In this document: positions 54,100 through 64,000 of the stretch, one piece after another | How positions within the stretch are numbered: the stretch's first letter is position 1 | Layout of the letters: every line of letters begins with the position of its first letter | Assembly (NCBI GenBank): GCA_002633005.1 | Contig: NMRA01000048.1 | Coordinates: 747,397 to 811,396, forward strand | Source: Phoronis australis | Lineage: Eukaryota > Animalia > Phoronida | DNA length: 64,000 nt | Direction: 5' to 3' | Translations under genes and position numbers: made by a program | Notes under the pieces: model-generated | Database searches by the model: none | What the model was told of the DNA's origin: nothing | Seen by the model: only the letters and a program-made list of their open reading frames with translations

Positions 54100-55380
54100 A
54101 CGTTGATATTACTGGTATATATCTTTCTAATTTTGATTGATTGTTCTAGATGTTTTCATAAATAGACAAAATATTAATCACAGGACTGATTTGATTCTAT
54201 ATTTTGTAGTCTATTACGACATCAGAAATTCTCTGGATTTTTTGCACAGCAGTACTTATATTTAGAACAGCTATTCTGTCAATCCTCAGTTAATCTAAAG
54301 GTCATGCACCAATCTGATTTAGTGTAGTCTCAAGACAGCTTAGCAGTCGACTTTGGACAACATTTGAGATATCGTTGGCAATGATTGGACAAAATTGGGG
54401 GTGTGTCACAAAATTAGGTCAATTGCTGATTTTGTACTGCATATCCTGTACTAGGCTGTCTGGAAGTCCTATTATCTACCCAAGAAAGATGGCCACTGGT
54501 ATAATATCTTCATTACTGTGTGGTCTTGTGAGACAAGACCTTGATGTAATTTTGTGCAGCCATGAAAATGTTTTTGTATTGACCCCATGTCTGTCTATTC
54601 AGGGGATGGATTTGCTTAAAAAGGATGCCGACATTTGATGCAATCAACTTGGCTTGATTGCATTTTGTAACTAACACTGTTTGTTGAACAGCTCCAACTT
54701 AATCTGTTGATGGTTCATCCTTCTGTAAAACAACTTCAGGCTGTTTAGCACAACCCACCAATACCACTATGAGTGGTCCTTCTCAAAAGCCATTAAATCC
54801 CATCAGAGTTTTGTTGTTTTTCATCTTAAGGCCTGTCAGTGGGTGTGTTATTTGTGGTTACCCACTGACATATATTTCAAGTTGGCTGAGAGCCATCGGC
54901 TCAACTTTCACTAAGTGCGATTGATCATAGCCAAAAGCATCATGCTGTTTCGCATGAGTTGAAAATCTTTGAGATCATTACTTTTTATACTCGTCTGGAA
55001 TTTATAAAGCTGTTGACGTCATTAGAGAACTTAGGTTACACCTGGAATTTTAAATGCGTTTATGATCGACATTCAGATATTAGCTGGATGCACAAATCCC
55101 TTGCCAATATTGCATCATCTTTGCCAGCATGTTTCAGTTTTAACATGTGATGTCTGCTCAGGTTAGAGAATGTTTGAATTGAGTAACAACTCCATACTAT
55201 TAATAAACAAGTGGTTTGATGCTTAATTCTATCCATGTCATTCAGTTGTGATGAATCTTGCAACACAAATTCGGTATGCTACTACCAGGATGTTGTCGTA
55301 CTACTTATCCCTGAAGATGGTTTGTTTGTAAACAGAAATGTTGGATTTAGATATGTCAATCATGTGATCGCTTGTGATTA
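54100..55380 (+). mobile_element. Heavily decayed Penelope-like element (RT C-terminus, linker, GIY-YIG, hammerhead tail)
   Basis: Frameshifted remnants in expected order: AQQYL (54243), PNL..L.VH-like (54692), CVICG (54845), HHAVSH (54938), PGILN (55041), then hammerhead-like motif 55307-55346. Confidence 0.5.
55307..55346 (+). ncRNA. Minimal type-I hammerhead ribozyme-like motif (Penelope-type)
   Basis: ATCC-CTGAAGA-[TGGTTTG..TAAACA]-GAAA-TG-TT-GGAT: core boxes CUGAnGA and GAAA, stem I ATCC/GGAT, stem II GTTTG/TAAAC. Confidence 0.5.
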
Positions 55381-55875
55381 GACTATTGCTACCACCTATA
55401 CATCAGTGGGTTAGCCAGTGTGAGGTTATTGATTTTGTATTTACGCAAGTTGATACGAACATGGAAATTGCATTGGTAAGGATATGAACTGCATAACTGC
55501 TAGACACACACTAGTGAACACACCTTAAAATTGGCCAATCACAAGCTGTATATTGTGGGTGTGGCCATGAGGAGGACTTAAATAAGTTGTCAGTGGTAAA
55601 TTTCTTGCAGAAATTTCTTCTTGATTGCATTTGAAGATATTAATGTAATTTTTTAACCAATATACTATGTTGTCTGCAAGCTTTTATACTAAATAGCTTA
55701 CCATTAACTTTATTATAATTATTAAATTCAGTTAGTTAATGCTGCCAAACCATCATCCGTTCCAAGGTCTAATCTCTAAGTTCGGACTCCAAACTTGATC
55801 AAACATGCTTCATGTTCCCATCGCAAATGTGTCAGTTAGCTGGAATCGTGTAATGTTTTCATGTTGAGTTTCGGG

Positions 55876-55982
55876 CAATATTCGGATATAACATGCCCGT
55901 ATTTTAAGAACCAATTTTTTGCTTGTTGTGAAGTGAAGAAAACTGTCATATCAAAAGTTGGGCATGTTATATCCGACCATTG
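55876..55982. mobile_element. Small MITE with CAAT...ATTG termini
   Basis: CAATATTCGGATATAACATGCCC / GGGCATGTTATATCCGACCATTG; AGTTTCG present on both flanks (slightly offset on left). Confidence 0.55.
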
Positions 55983-56477
55983 AGTTTCGAGTTTCAGAGA
56001 TTATACCCCGAGCCCTGGTGTTAAAAACGCAAACTTAATTCTTCATAGGTTTAAATTTGCTTATACCTAGGCACCTCATAACTTATCCCTATAACCTCTC
56101 CTCCCAATGTCGATGGAATCAGGCAAGTTATTGGGTCTCATGTGGTGCACTAAGACCATGACATCCTATAGAAACCATTTCTAACTTGAGTAAAGTCTAA
56201 ATCAAAAGTTGGTCTTGTCCTGGGAGTAATTTCATTATAGTTCTAGGTTTTGACAGAAGGTGCAAGTTTATTGTCCATTTATTCCTCCTAAATTGCATTT
56301 ACAAGAGAGACAGCTAACATGGAACAGTTGATCGGGCGCTAGTGTGTGTGTAAACATGACTGACATGTAGCAAGTTTACACTGTGGCGGCCATTTTTGAT
56401 AGCCATTTGATATGGGTAAGGGAGTAGCTCTCTATCAGTTGCTCCAGTTTCAACTTCACGTCTAAAGACAACTGAGA

Positions 56478-57120
56478 CAGGGCGGAAACTCGCTGGTTCC
56501 CTGCGTGCTTAGCCCAGCCAGCACGCAGGTATCACGCAGGGGTGCGCGCTTTAGCATTGGTCAATGTAACCTCGGCAGTCATTGGTTAGCTTTACAACAC
56601 CGTGAAAAATGGCGGACTGTGAAAGATTTTTAGCCTTGTCGTGCATGTGGCGTCGCAGCAACTATTTGGTTTCTGTAGTGATGTTTAATAGCCGCGTGCA
56701 TGAAGCACATACATTTACTTTATCTGGCCGATTTAACCGGTGTGTTATTCATGTTGTATGAATACAGGACACTATCGTAAACAAAAGTCATTGACAGTAG
56801 AAAGACGCATTCCGAAAAGGCGCAATCATAATTTCTAGGCTTCACATTTTCTGAACATAAATTTTAAGCACCGATTTGTCTGTATAACAGACCACAAGTT
56901 TACACTTCAGTCCATCAGTCATGCCAGTTTGTTTGCGTAAAGCGCTGCCTGTTGAGAATTCAACTAGCCAGTCAGAAACGCCGGTGTAAAAAAATTTCCC
57001 GTAGAAAATTAAGTGATACCTGCGGTGCTGGCGTGGCTACCACCCCACCTAGCGGCATGCAGGGAACCAGCGAGGCACGGTCTACCGCCCCACCTAGCAG
57101 CACGCAGGGAACCAGCGTGG
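56478..57120. mobile_element. MITE-like element with duplicated right subterminal repeat
   Basis: CAGGGCGGAAACTCGCTGGTTCCCTGCGTGCT at left; reverse-complement GCAGGGAACCAGCG twice (57059, 57106). Confidence 0.6.
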
Positions 57121-58526
57121 TGCGGAAATGAATCATCTTTCAATGTGCTTGTGCAATAGCGTACATACGGGCGATCCGCTGGCGTTCCACATGCTTTGTG
57201 TGTTGGCTATTGTCTATGCGAACATGCACAGACTGTCTTCATGAGCCCCCCTCCCCATTTGGCGAAGTGGGCTAAAAAGGTCCGCCTGTGAGAAACAAAA
57301 AGTCCGAGAAAATGAGACAAAAGTCCACTAAACAAGCACAAACGCGCAATTTACAGCACTTGGTCCTCCCTTTTTTTTAGTCCGCTGGCTATTTTGTTAC
57401 GAAAAGGTCCGCAACGTTAGGAATTCGAGCCCCCCCTATATTGAAGGCTGGGTGCGCACATGCAAGTGACTCATGCTTGATCCAGTTTTCGATCTTATGC
57501 CGTGTAAATGCTATTAAAGTGGAGCAAGTCACGCCGTGACAGCTGACACGATGACAACCGTCTTCCATGTATAAGTGGCTATATCACAGTATATGGCACA
57601 GGGAGGACAAGTCTGGCCAACCTTGGTAATATTACAGAAAACTAATCTCTGGGGGAACAGTCATCCTTTTTAGGGGGTGGGGGTGTCGCTCGTGGTATTC
57701 AAATCTGGAGCAATGTTCACACCTGGCAAAAATAGAAAAGTGAGACCAGTGTTAATACTAATGGATAGAATTGTGACACCATATTTGCACCTATTGAATG
57801 GGGGCTTAAGACATGACTTGTTTTTAGTTAGGTGTAATTCTTACCATGCTAAGTTTAATGAAACTGAAATTAAGAGGCTAAAGTATTGATCTCCTTTCCC
57901 AGTTTTGCAGCCAGATAAACTTGGAACTGATGTTCCAGATTTAATTACGGTAGTTATGTAGTTACGTATGTTTGAACCTTGAATGGTTTAATGCTTGCCT
58001 GAGATTAATTACTGTTACTGTTTAGTAAAAACTTAACTAAACAAATACAGTTATTTTTTAGAAATGATGCAAGAATTGTGCCTGCGACTGTTGCCTAAGT
58101 GCAGCGTCATATTTATATTATAATTGAGTTCATAGCTAAATGGCTGGTGATCTCATGAACTGTGCTTGTTTAAGAATGAAGCATTATCCAAACATGACTA
58201 GACATTTTTGTGTAATCGCACTGTCAATAGTGTGTGTTGAAATAGCCTCGACTTGATTGGGTGCAGTGACGTCCTCAAACCCAATTTCATGTCTTAGTTA
58301 CCATACATGCTCTGGGGTGGATTTCAAAATCCACTTGTCTCTGTTTGGAATGAATTTATTAGCTTACGCTTGTACAAATTTAATAGCCAATGGCGCATCC
58401 AGTGCCATACTGCTAACACAGGGTTCGTATTTGATGTTTGCCCGCCCCTTTGTTGTATCTTTGTCATATCTGAGTCATCTCCAACTTGATCTAAACAATC
58501 AGACTATGTGGGCAAATCACCTATTT

Positions 58527-59024
58527 CAGGGCTTGGAATTTTCCGTGGAAACGCGGATTTTCGCTTTTTTCAAATGTGCTTTCCGCTTTTTTTATAATAT
58601 TTCCGCGTAAAAAAATCGGATTTGATATAAAATTTCCGCGGCAAATTCCTTTCTTACCGCGTCGTTGCAGACGACGTTCACCTCGAAAAGCGGAAGTTGC
58701 TCTTTATGTTTCGGAGGAACGTAAATTGTCAACATTGCCGGGGCATCTGGGACAGCGTGGTGGGATGTTCAATGGCGTCTCTTGTTATTGTTAAGCGCGG
58801 CGACAAATACTACCGCTCTGCAGCCAAAAATGTGTGGGTTGGGAGTGGACGGGCGAGCTAAAAGGACGCAGATGCATGCTACTGATGGTGGTAACGTTTT
58901 TTTTTTTTTTTTTTTTAGTCCTCCCGATTTTTGTCTGGGAAAGGCCATTTCAAGACTGTTTATCGGGCATGATTTGGGCCGTAAGAGTTTCCGCGTTTTT
59001 TGTCATTGGTCATTCCAAGCCCTG
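58527..59024. mobile_element. MITE with 13-bp TIR and 6-bp TSD (hAT-like)
   Basis: CAGGGCTTGGAAT...ATTCCAAGCCCTG; flanked by CTATTT on both sides; subterminal TTCCGC repeats. Confidence 0.8.
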
Positions 59025-61204
59025 CTATTTATAGCAGTATCTTTTCATGAGTAAACTTGGAAAAGGTCACAGCAATGTGGTAAAATTTTGATTCTGCATT
59101 CCCTTTTCAATACATTTGGGAGGGGGTTTGTTTGTGGCAGAGTTCTAGTTAAAGTCAGTCATCTGAGGGTACACCTCAATGACCTCATGTTACCTGAACA
59201 TTGTGTAAAATGCATCAGGTATTGCATGCAAATGGTTTCAAGTTGGTTCAGTCCAGTGCAGTACACCTTATGTTACCTGAAAATTATATAAAATGCTTCA
59301 GGTATTACATGCAAATGGTTTCAAGTTGATTCAGTCATTCAGTCCAGTGCAGTATTATGTTACTGTACAAACAGTATCCAGTACACCCATTCAGTATCTC
59401 TTCAACTAGGTCTCCAGGCAAAGGCTGTAGCTGTATTGTTTACAAAAGGATAGTACCTGAGGTACCATTTGGTCTACAAGTACAGCTTACCATAAACATG
59501 AAAAGCATGCTATGACTACTCTAACGAACTGTTGGGAAAGACCTCATTGCCATGACAGCAATTTGTGTCTAATTACTAGTCTGCACTAGCAAACTTTAAA
59601 CATACAATTTATTTGTTCGATTGTAAGAGTGTGAAAGTACTGTATATACGATATGAACGTGGGAGTAGTGCAATTGCCAAATTTCAGAATGATTTTAAGT
59701 GGATAATAATACTGAAGTATTACCCCAAATTACAATTAGGGGTTAATTTTTAAATCTAGACCTTTAATACTTGGAAATTACTCTTGGCAATGTTATGTTT
59801 TGGTTGCATAAGTACTGATTTTCACTCCCATAACAATATAATATATTCACCCATGAATAAACCGTCTATTGAAGGAAACACGTCCGCTCACAATAGCTTT
59901 GATGAATTTCTTTCACATGCTTTTCCATAAGTGTAAACCTAATGTTAACTGTTGGACTAGGGATTGGCATCAGTTCAAAATTACCATATCTGTACTGGTT
60001 TGACACTGTCTGAGCTGGGAATGCAGAACTGGTGATGAAATGTGCATAGCAACGCTTGGTGAAGTGTATATGGTGCAATGACAAAAATAATGGCATGCCT
60101 ATGTAGACACACTAATTATTCTGTCATTTGTAAATGTGTTATGCTTTTTGCTATCTTTCTTCCATTAGGTTCCCGTTTGGATAGACACAACAGAAAATGT
60201 TGGAATCATAATAAGGACCCTCCAACTAAAATGTTCTCACTAGTAAATTTAAAATAAACCTCATATGCAAGGACATTTGTAGCATACTGGAAACAATTTG
60301 AACGTTTCATTTGCATACTGTAGAAGAAAACTGGCTGAACAAAAGTAGCTAATGTAAGATACTGCTGTGTGACTGTATCTTCATGAGGGACACACCACTT
60401 CATACACCCCTGTATTAGCCAATCACAGATGATCTTAGATGGGTGTGTTTACTGCTAGCCAATGATTTCATGCCTGTGATTTTGCTATTTATTCACCTAC
60501 TGGTATTTATTACAGACCTGTTGTCAAGGGGAAGGTAAATTTTGCTCAAGGAGGTCATTACACAATTATGAACTGCTCTCTTGTGGGAAACTTGGCTTTT
60601 CAAATAAAAAAGCTTATTCTGGAAGCATTTATGGAATTTTTTACTCCATAACTTGAAGCAAAAGGCAATGATATATATTTATTCGTTCATTGAAAAAATA
60701 TTGATTTCCTTGATTTTAGGAGTTAGTGAATGATTTTTCGAAAACAGTTGATGTTAATTGGGTGTTGTTGGCATACACTAATGTGGACGATTTCCTTTTG
60801 ACGACTTTTTCAACAAAAATAAAGGTGAAGAAAATTGTAGTTTATTAATAGCTTGGATTGAACTTCTGTGATGTCATAAAACATCCTTGAGTAAAACTAA
60901 CATTATTTGCGTAAGCCTTTGAAAAATAGAAAATTCAAAATTTTTGAAATAATTTTTGTAAAGAATTACCGTGCAACCACTGGAGGAACTTGTTCTCTGT
61001 CGGACTTTGCTCACCGTTTCTTTTTCTCTCTTGTATCCTGATTTCTTTCAATATATATAAATACACGTATTGACATAATTTTGCTAAACCTGTGTTATAA
61101 AATAGGAAAAGTGACTTTAACAATCGAAATTGAGGAGACTGTTATAAACAATGTAATGGTGGTTTCACCTTTTGACAACTGAACATCCACCTTTTTCCTT
61201 TCAG

Positions 61205-61343
61205 ACCGCAAGACTGGTTTTCCAACACCCAACTATTCGTTTATATCTAGCGTAGACTTCCAGCATGTCTACGAACCAGCGGAAGACACGTTTTTATTAA
61301 TGGATGCACTTGAACAGGAGTTTGAAGACATCAGAGCCAGCAA
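61205..61343 (+). CDS. N6AMT1: N6AMT1/HEMK2 (eRF1 glutamine methyltransferase) conserved N-terminal exon; gene continues beyond window
   Basis: Polypyrimidine+CAG acceptor, GTGAGT donor; translates RKTGFPTPNYSFISSVDFQHVYEPAEDTFLLMDALEQE, containing the hallmark VYEPAEDTFLL.DALE of HEMK2/Mtq2. No ATG precedes the motif inside the exon. Confidence 0.92.
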
Positions 61344-62079
61344 GTGAGTTTTTTGTGAGTTGTAAGATGAAAAGAATTAAATGGAGCAATTTTCACAACA
61401 TGAGTTATATAATGTGTTACGTAAAATTGTACCTTTTATAGCTGGTTATTATGACTGCATATTTGTGAACTTGTGTCTGCTGCAGCCTATAATCTTATTG
61501 TTTTGCTAGTTGCCTTTTACTTACTGGTCTACGGTACGGTAGAATTTTGTTTTTTCATTTTTTATAAATGGTGCACATTGCTAAAATGATGCTATGCCAT
61601 GTTCAAGTTGTGTGCCATAGCTACCAACAGTAAAATAACGCTATAATTCACAAGAAGCCCTTGAAAAATGAAGTGCTAGTTTTGTCTGAAATTGGCGAGA
61701 TCTCTCCTGCCATTCTACCTGGGATCTTTTTTCTATTTTTAGCTCATTTTTTGCTGCTCTGATTTTTTCCTTTTGTTCTTAAGTTATCTTTTTCCATATT
61801 CTGGTGACAAGCAGGCAAGGGCATGTTCACTGTTGCATGACCTCATATGAATTGTTAAACTATAGTAGCTGAAGTTGTTATTGTTGCTATTCAGTGTTTA
61901 ACACTTATACAACTAAGCCCAGGTCTTGTGTAAGTGTAGCCTAGAAATTACAAGCTTGTACTGCTATCATGCCTGAGATGTTTTAAATTCCTTTTGCCTT
62001 TGAAAAGCTTAGGTTTGTTTGACCCCTAATCATAACCTTTCATTGAGGTCATTTAACTGGAAACACATGTCTACCTGAA

Positions 62080-62607
62080 GCCTGTTCAACAGAGTGAGCG
62101 CCCGCTAGCGTGTACTCGCGGACACAAGGAACAGCTCCTGAACAGCTGTGAGCACTCATTGTGCGATCCAGTGTGGCGACTCTGAAGCAGATTGTGTTAA
62201 ACGTCTTAGCTGATGAGCTTAACACTAACAGTCCTTCCTATGGCGTACTGAGCGATAAATATGATTAATCTTTGCCAATGATTATTAATATTGGCAGCCC
62301 AAGACAACAACCGTGAAGGCTTTGGAACGACAAGAATCAAAAATTACGTCGAGGAAACTGTTCCTCGCTACAGCGACCCGCAATTTAAGTCGCAGTTTCG
62401 GATGAGTCGGTCAACCTTTGAGGTTAGTTTTTGTGTTGCAGAACCATAATGGGTTCATATGTTGCAGACGTGAAGCCTTCGCAAGACGCCATCTTGGAAA
62501 TCTAAGCGAACATGCTCTCGAGGTTGTTCGCGAGCGCTAACGTGAACACAGCTGTTCAGGACGAGGGCGCTCAAATCGCTCGTGGGCGCTCACTCTATTG
62601 AACACGC
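62080..62607 (+). mobile_element. PIF/Harbinger internally deleted element
   Basis: TIRs GCCTGTTCAACAGAGTGAGCGCCC / GGGCGCTCACTCTATTGAACACGC; internal 62333-62422 encodes RIKNYVEETVPRYSDPQFKSQFRMSRSTFE (Harbinger transposase N-terminal FRMSR.TF motif) followed by donor gttagt. Confidence 0.8.
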
Positions 62608-63039
62608 GTCTGTTGATTGGTGGAATTTCTGCCCTGAGTTTCTACAACCCATTAGTTTGAGTTTTCCAAGTCCTGAACAAAACCTACATTGTTTACAATC
62701 ATGATGACATAAGATATGACCTGAAATCCAGTCTTGGTTAGTTTTCTTCAATATTTAACTGCAAGTTTTGATTGGACTTCTGAAATCAAGTTCATGAAAT
62801 GGTCTTTGGTAACATTTCACCAGTTTTGGACAAAAATGATTTTCAAAATTAATCTTTTCACTTTTCAAAACCCACTTACATTGTTGTGAATACCCAAGTT
62901 AGCAAAGTATTGTCAGATGGTTGCTATGGTGTTGAACTTTAAAATGACAAAGTATTAATTAGATGTTAATTATGTATTTGCAAAAAGGTGGGAAATGTTA
63001 TTCCCTTGTTCGTCATGTTTATCACTAATTGGTGAGAAT

Positions 63040-63392
63040 TTACCGTACATGCAATTCCATTTCAATTCCAAAAACCATAATCTTCAAGATCTTTCTGTAC
63101 AAGTTATAGAAAAACTGCAATACCCCAGTACCCCTCACAGACTCAAAAGAGAACAATATTGGATAGATAAGCTCAATACACTTGAACCTAATGGATTAAA
63201 CATAAAAACTTCTTAAGTTATATCCTTCAACTTTTTCCACAACAATGTAATCATATTCATTAGGCCAAATCTTAAATGTCAATTGTCGTAGAGTGTTTGT
63301 TTTTACTTTATTTCTGTTTCTATTGACGAAGGATGTTATTATATCCGAAAATTTCAGTTGATCCATTCTTGTTGTTTTATTTACCTATATAT
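63040..63392 (+). mobile_element. Penelope-like retroelement 3' fragment (GIY-YIG C-terminus + tail)
   Basis: HFNSKNHNLQDLSVQVIEK...RLKREQYWIDKLNTLEPNGLN is the typical PLE endonuclease end; tail 63320-63390 recurs at 11044-11183. Confidence 0.8.
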
Positions 63393-64000
63393 ACCATACA
63401 TGCAGACGTGCAATGGAGACGGTGTGTTTCTCTTTCACTTATACCCAATTCACACGCAGTCTAAAACGGTAGCGTTTTCGCGAGCAGCAAAAATGCTTGT
63501 AATGTGAAGGTTGCAATGGACACTTTTGCTGGCAGTTTGCTTTAGGTTTGAGTTACCCCAAAACTTCTAGAGTTTTTGGTTGCACTTTTGTAGCCAGACC
63601 ACTTTCTTCAAAAGACATACATGCGCAGGGGCAAGAGGCCTATGCTCTATCATCAAATGAATCAATTTATGGCGTAGAGTGAAGGCAAGGAGTGTACGAG
63701 TATAGGAGAGTTCACTCCGCCATTTTACCATTCGCCGCAATGGTTACCGGTCGAAACACTAGCGCTCCAAGCGGTGAATAATCAATACTTACTTAGGAGC
63801 GCAGTCCGAACAATGTAAACACTGATGAATTCATACTTTAATGACGTTCAACGTGCAATAAAATTACTGTGTGATTGAAAATGGTTAGAATACGTAAACT
63901 AACATCCACTTATAATCGAATGAGAATGAAAATGTGTATTTTAATCAATATTAAAGTGTATTTGTTTTTATTCTTTTGAAGCTCCCTTCAAAATCTATCA

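Noticed and set aside
58257-59291. Cluster of plus-strand ORFs
   Set aside because: Overlap a MITE and poly-T run; non-ATG starts; no recognisable domains.

Overview
AT-rich, repeat-laden metazoan genomic DNA (invertebrate-like; spliceosomal GT-AG introns; draft assembly with N gaps). I reconstructed four genes by hand: (1) an 11-exon C2orf81/DUF4639-like gene on the minus strand (23131->12101, 489 aa); (2) a 6-coding-exon ENKD1 gene on the plus strand (30005->37452, 321 aa); (3) an intronless 338-aa class I SAM-methyltransferase-fold gene with a degenerate motif I (42082->41066, minus); (4) the 5' part of N6AMT1/HEMK2 (conserved exon 61205-61343, with candidate upstream exons from 42653). 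The rest is intron/intergenic DNA with MITEs and DNA-transposon relics (Harbinger, Kolobok-like, Sola-like, hAT-like with 6-bp TSDs), Penelope-like retroelement relics with hammerhead-like motifs, a Helentron-type (HINE) element carrying eight co-oriented CTCF-like motifs, and many tandem repeats. Most ORFs in the supplied track are spurious. No clearly new multi-gene system is demonstrable; the best leads are the CTCF-motif array, the degenerate methyltransferase among X-box-bearing cilia-type genes, and a splice-created in-frame uORF upstream of ENKD1. All family assignments are from motif recognition, not database searches.
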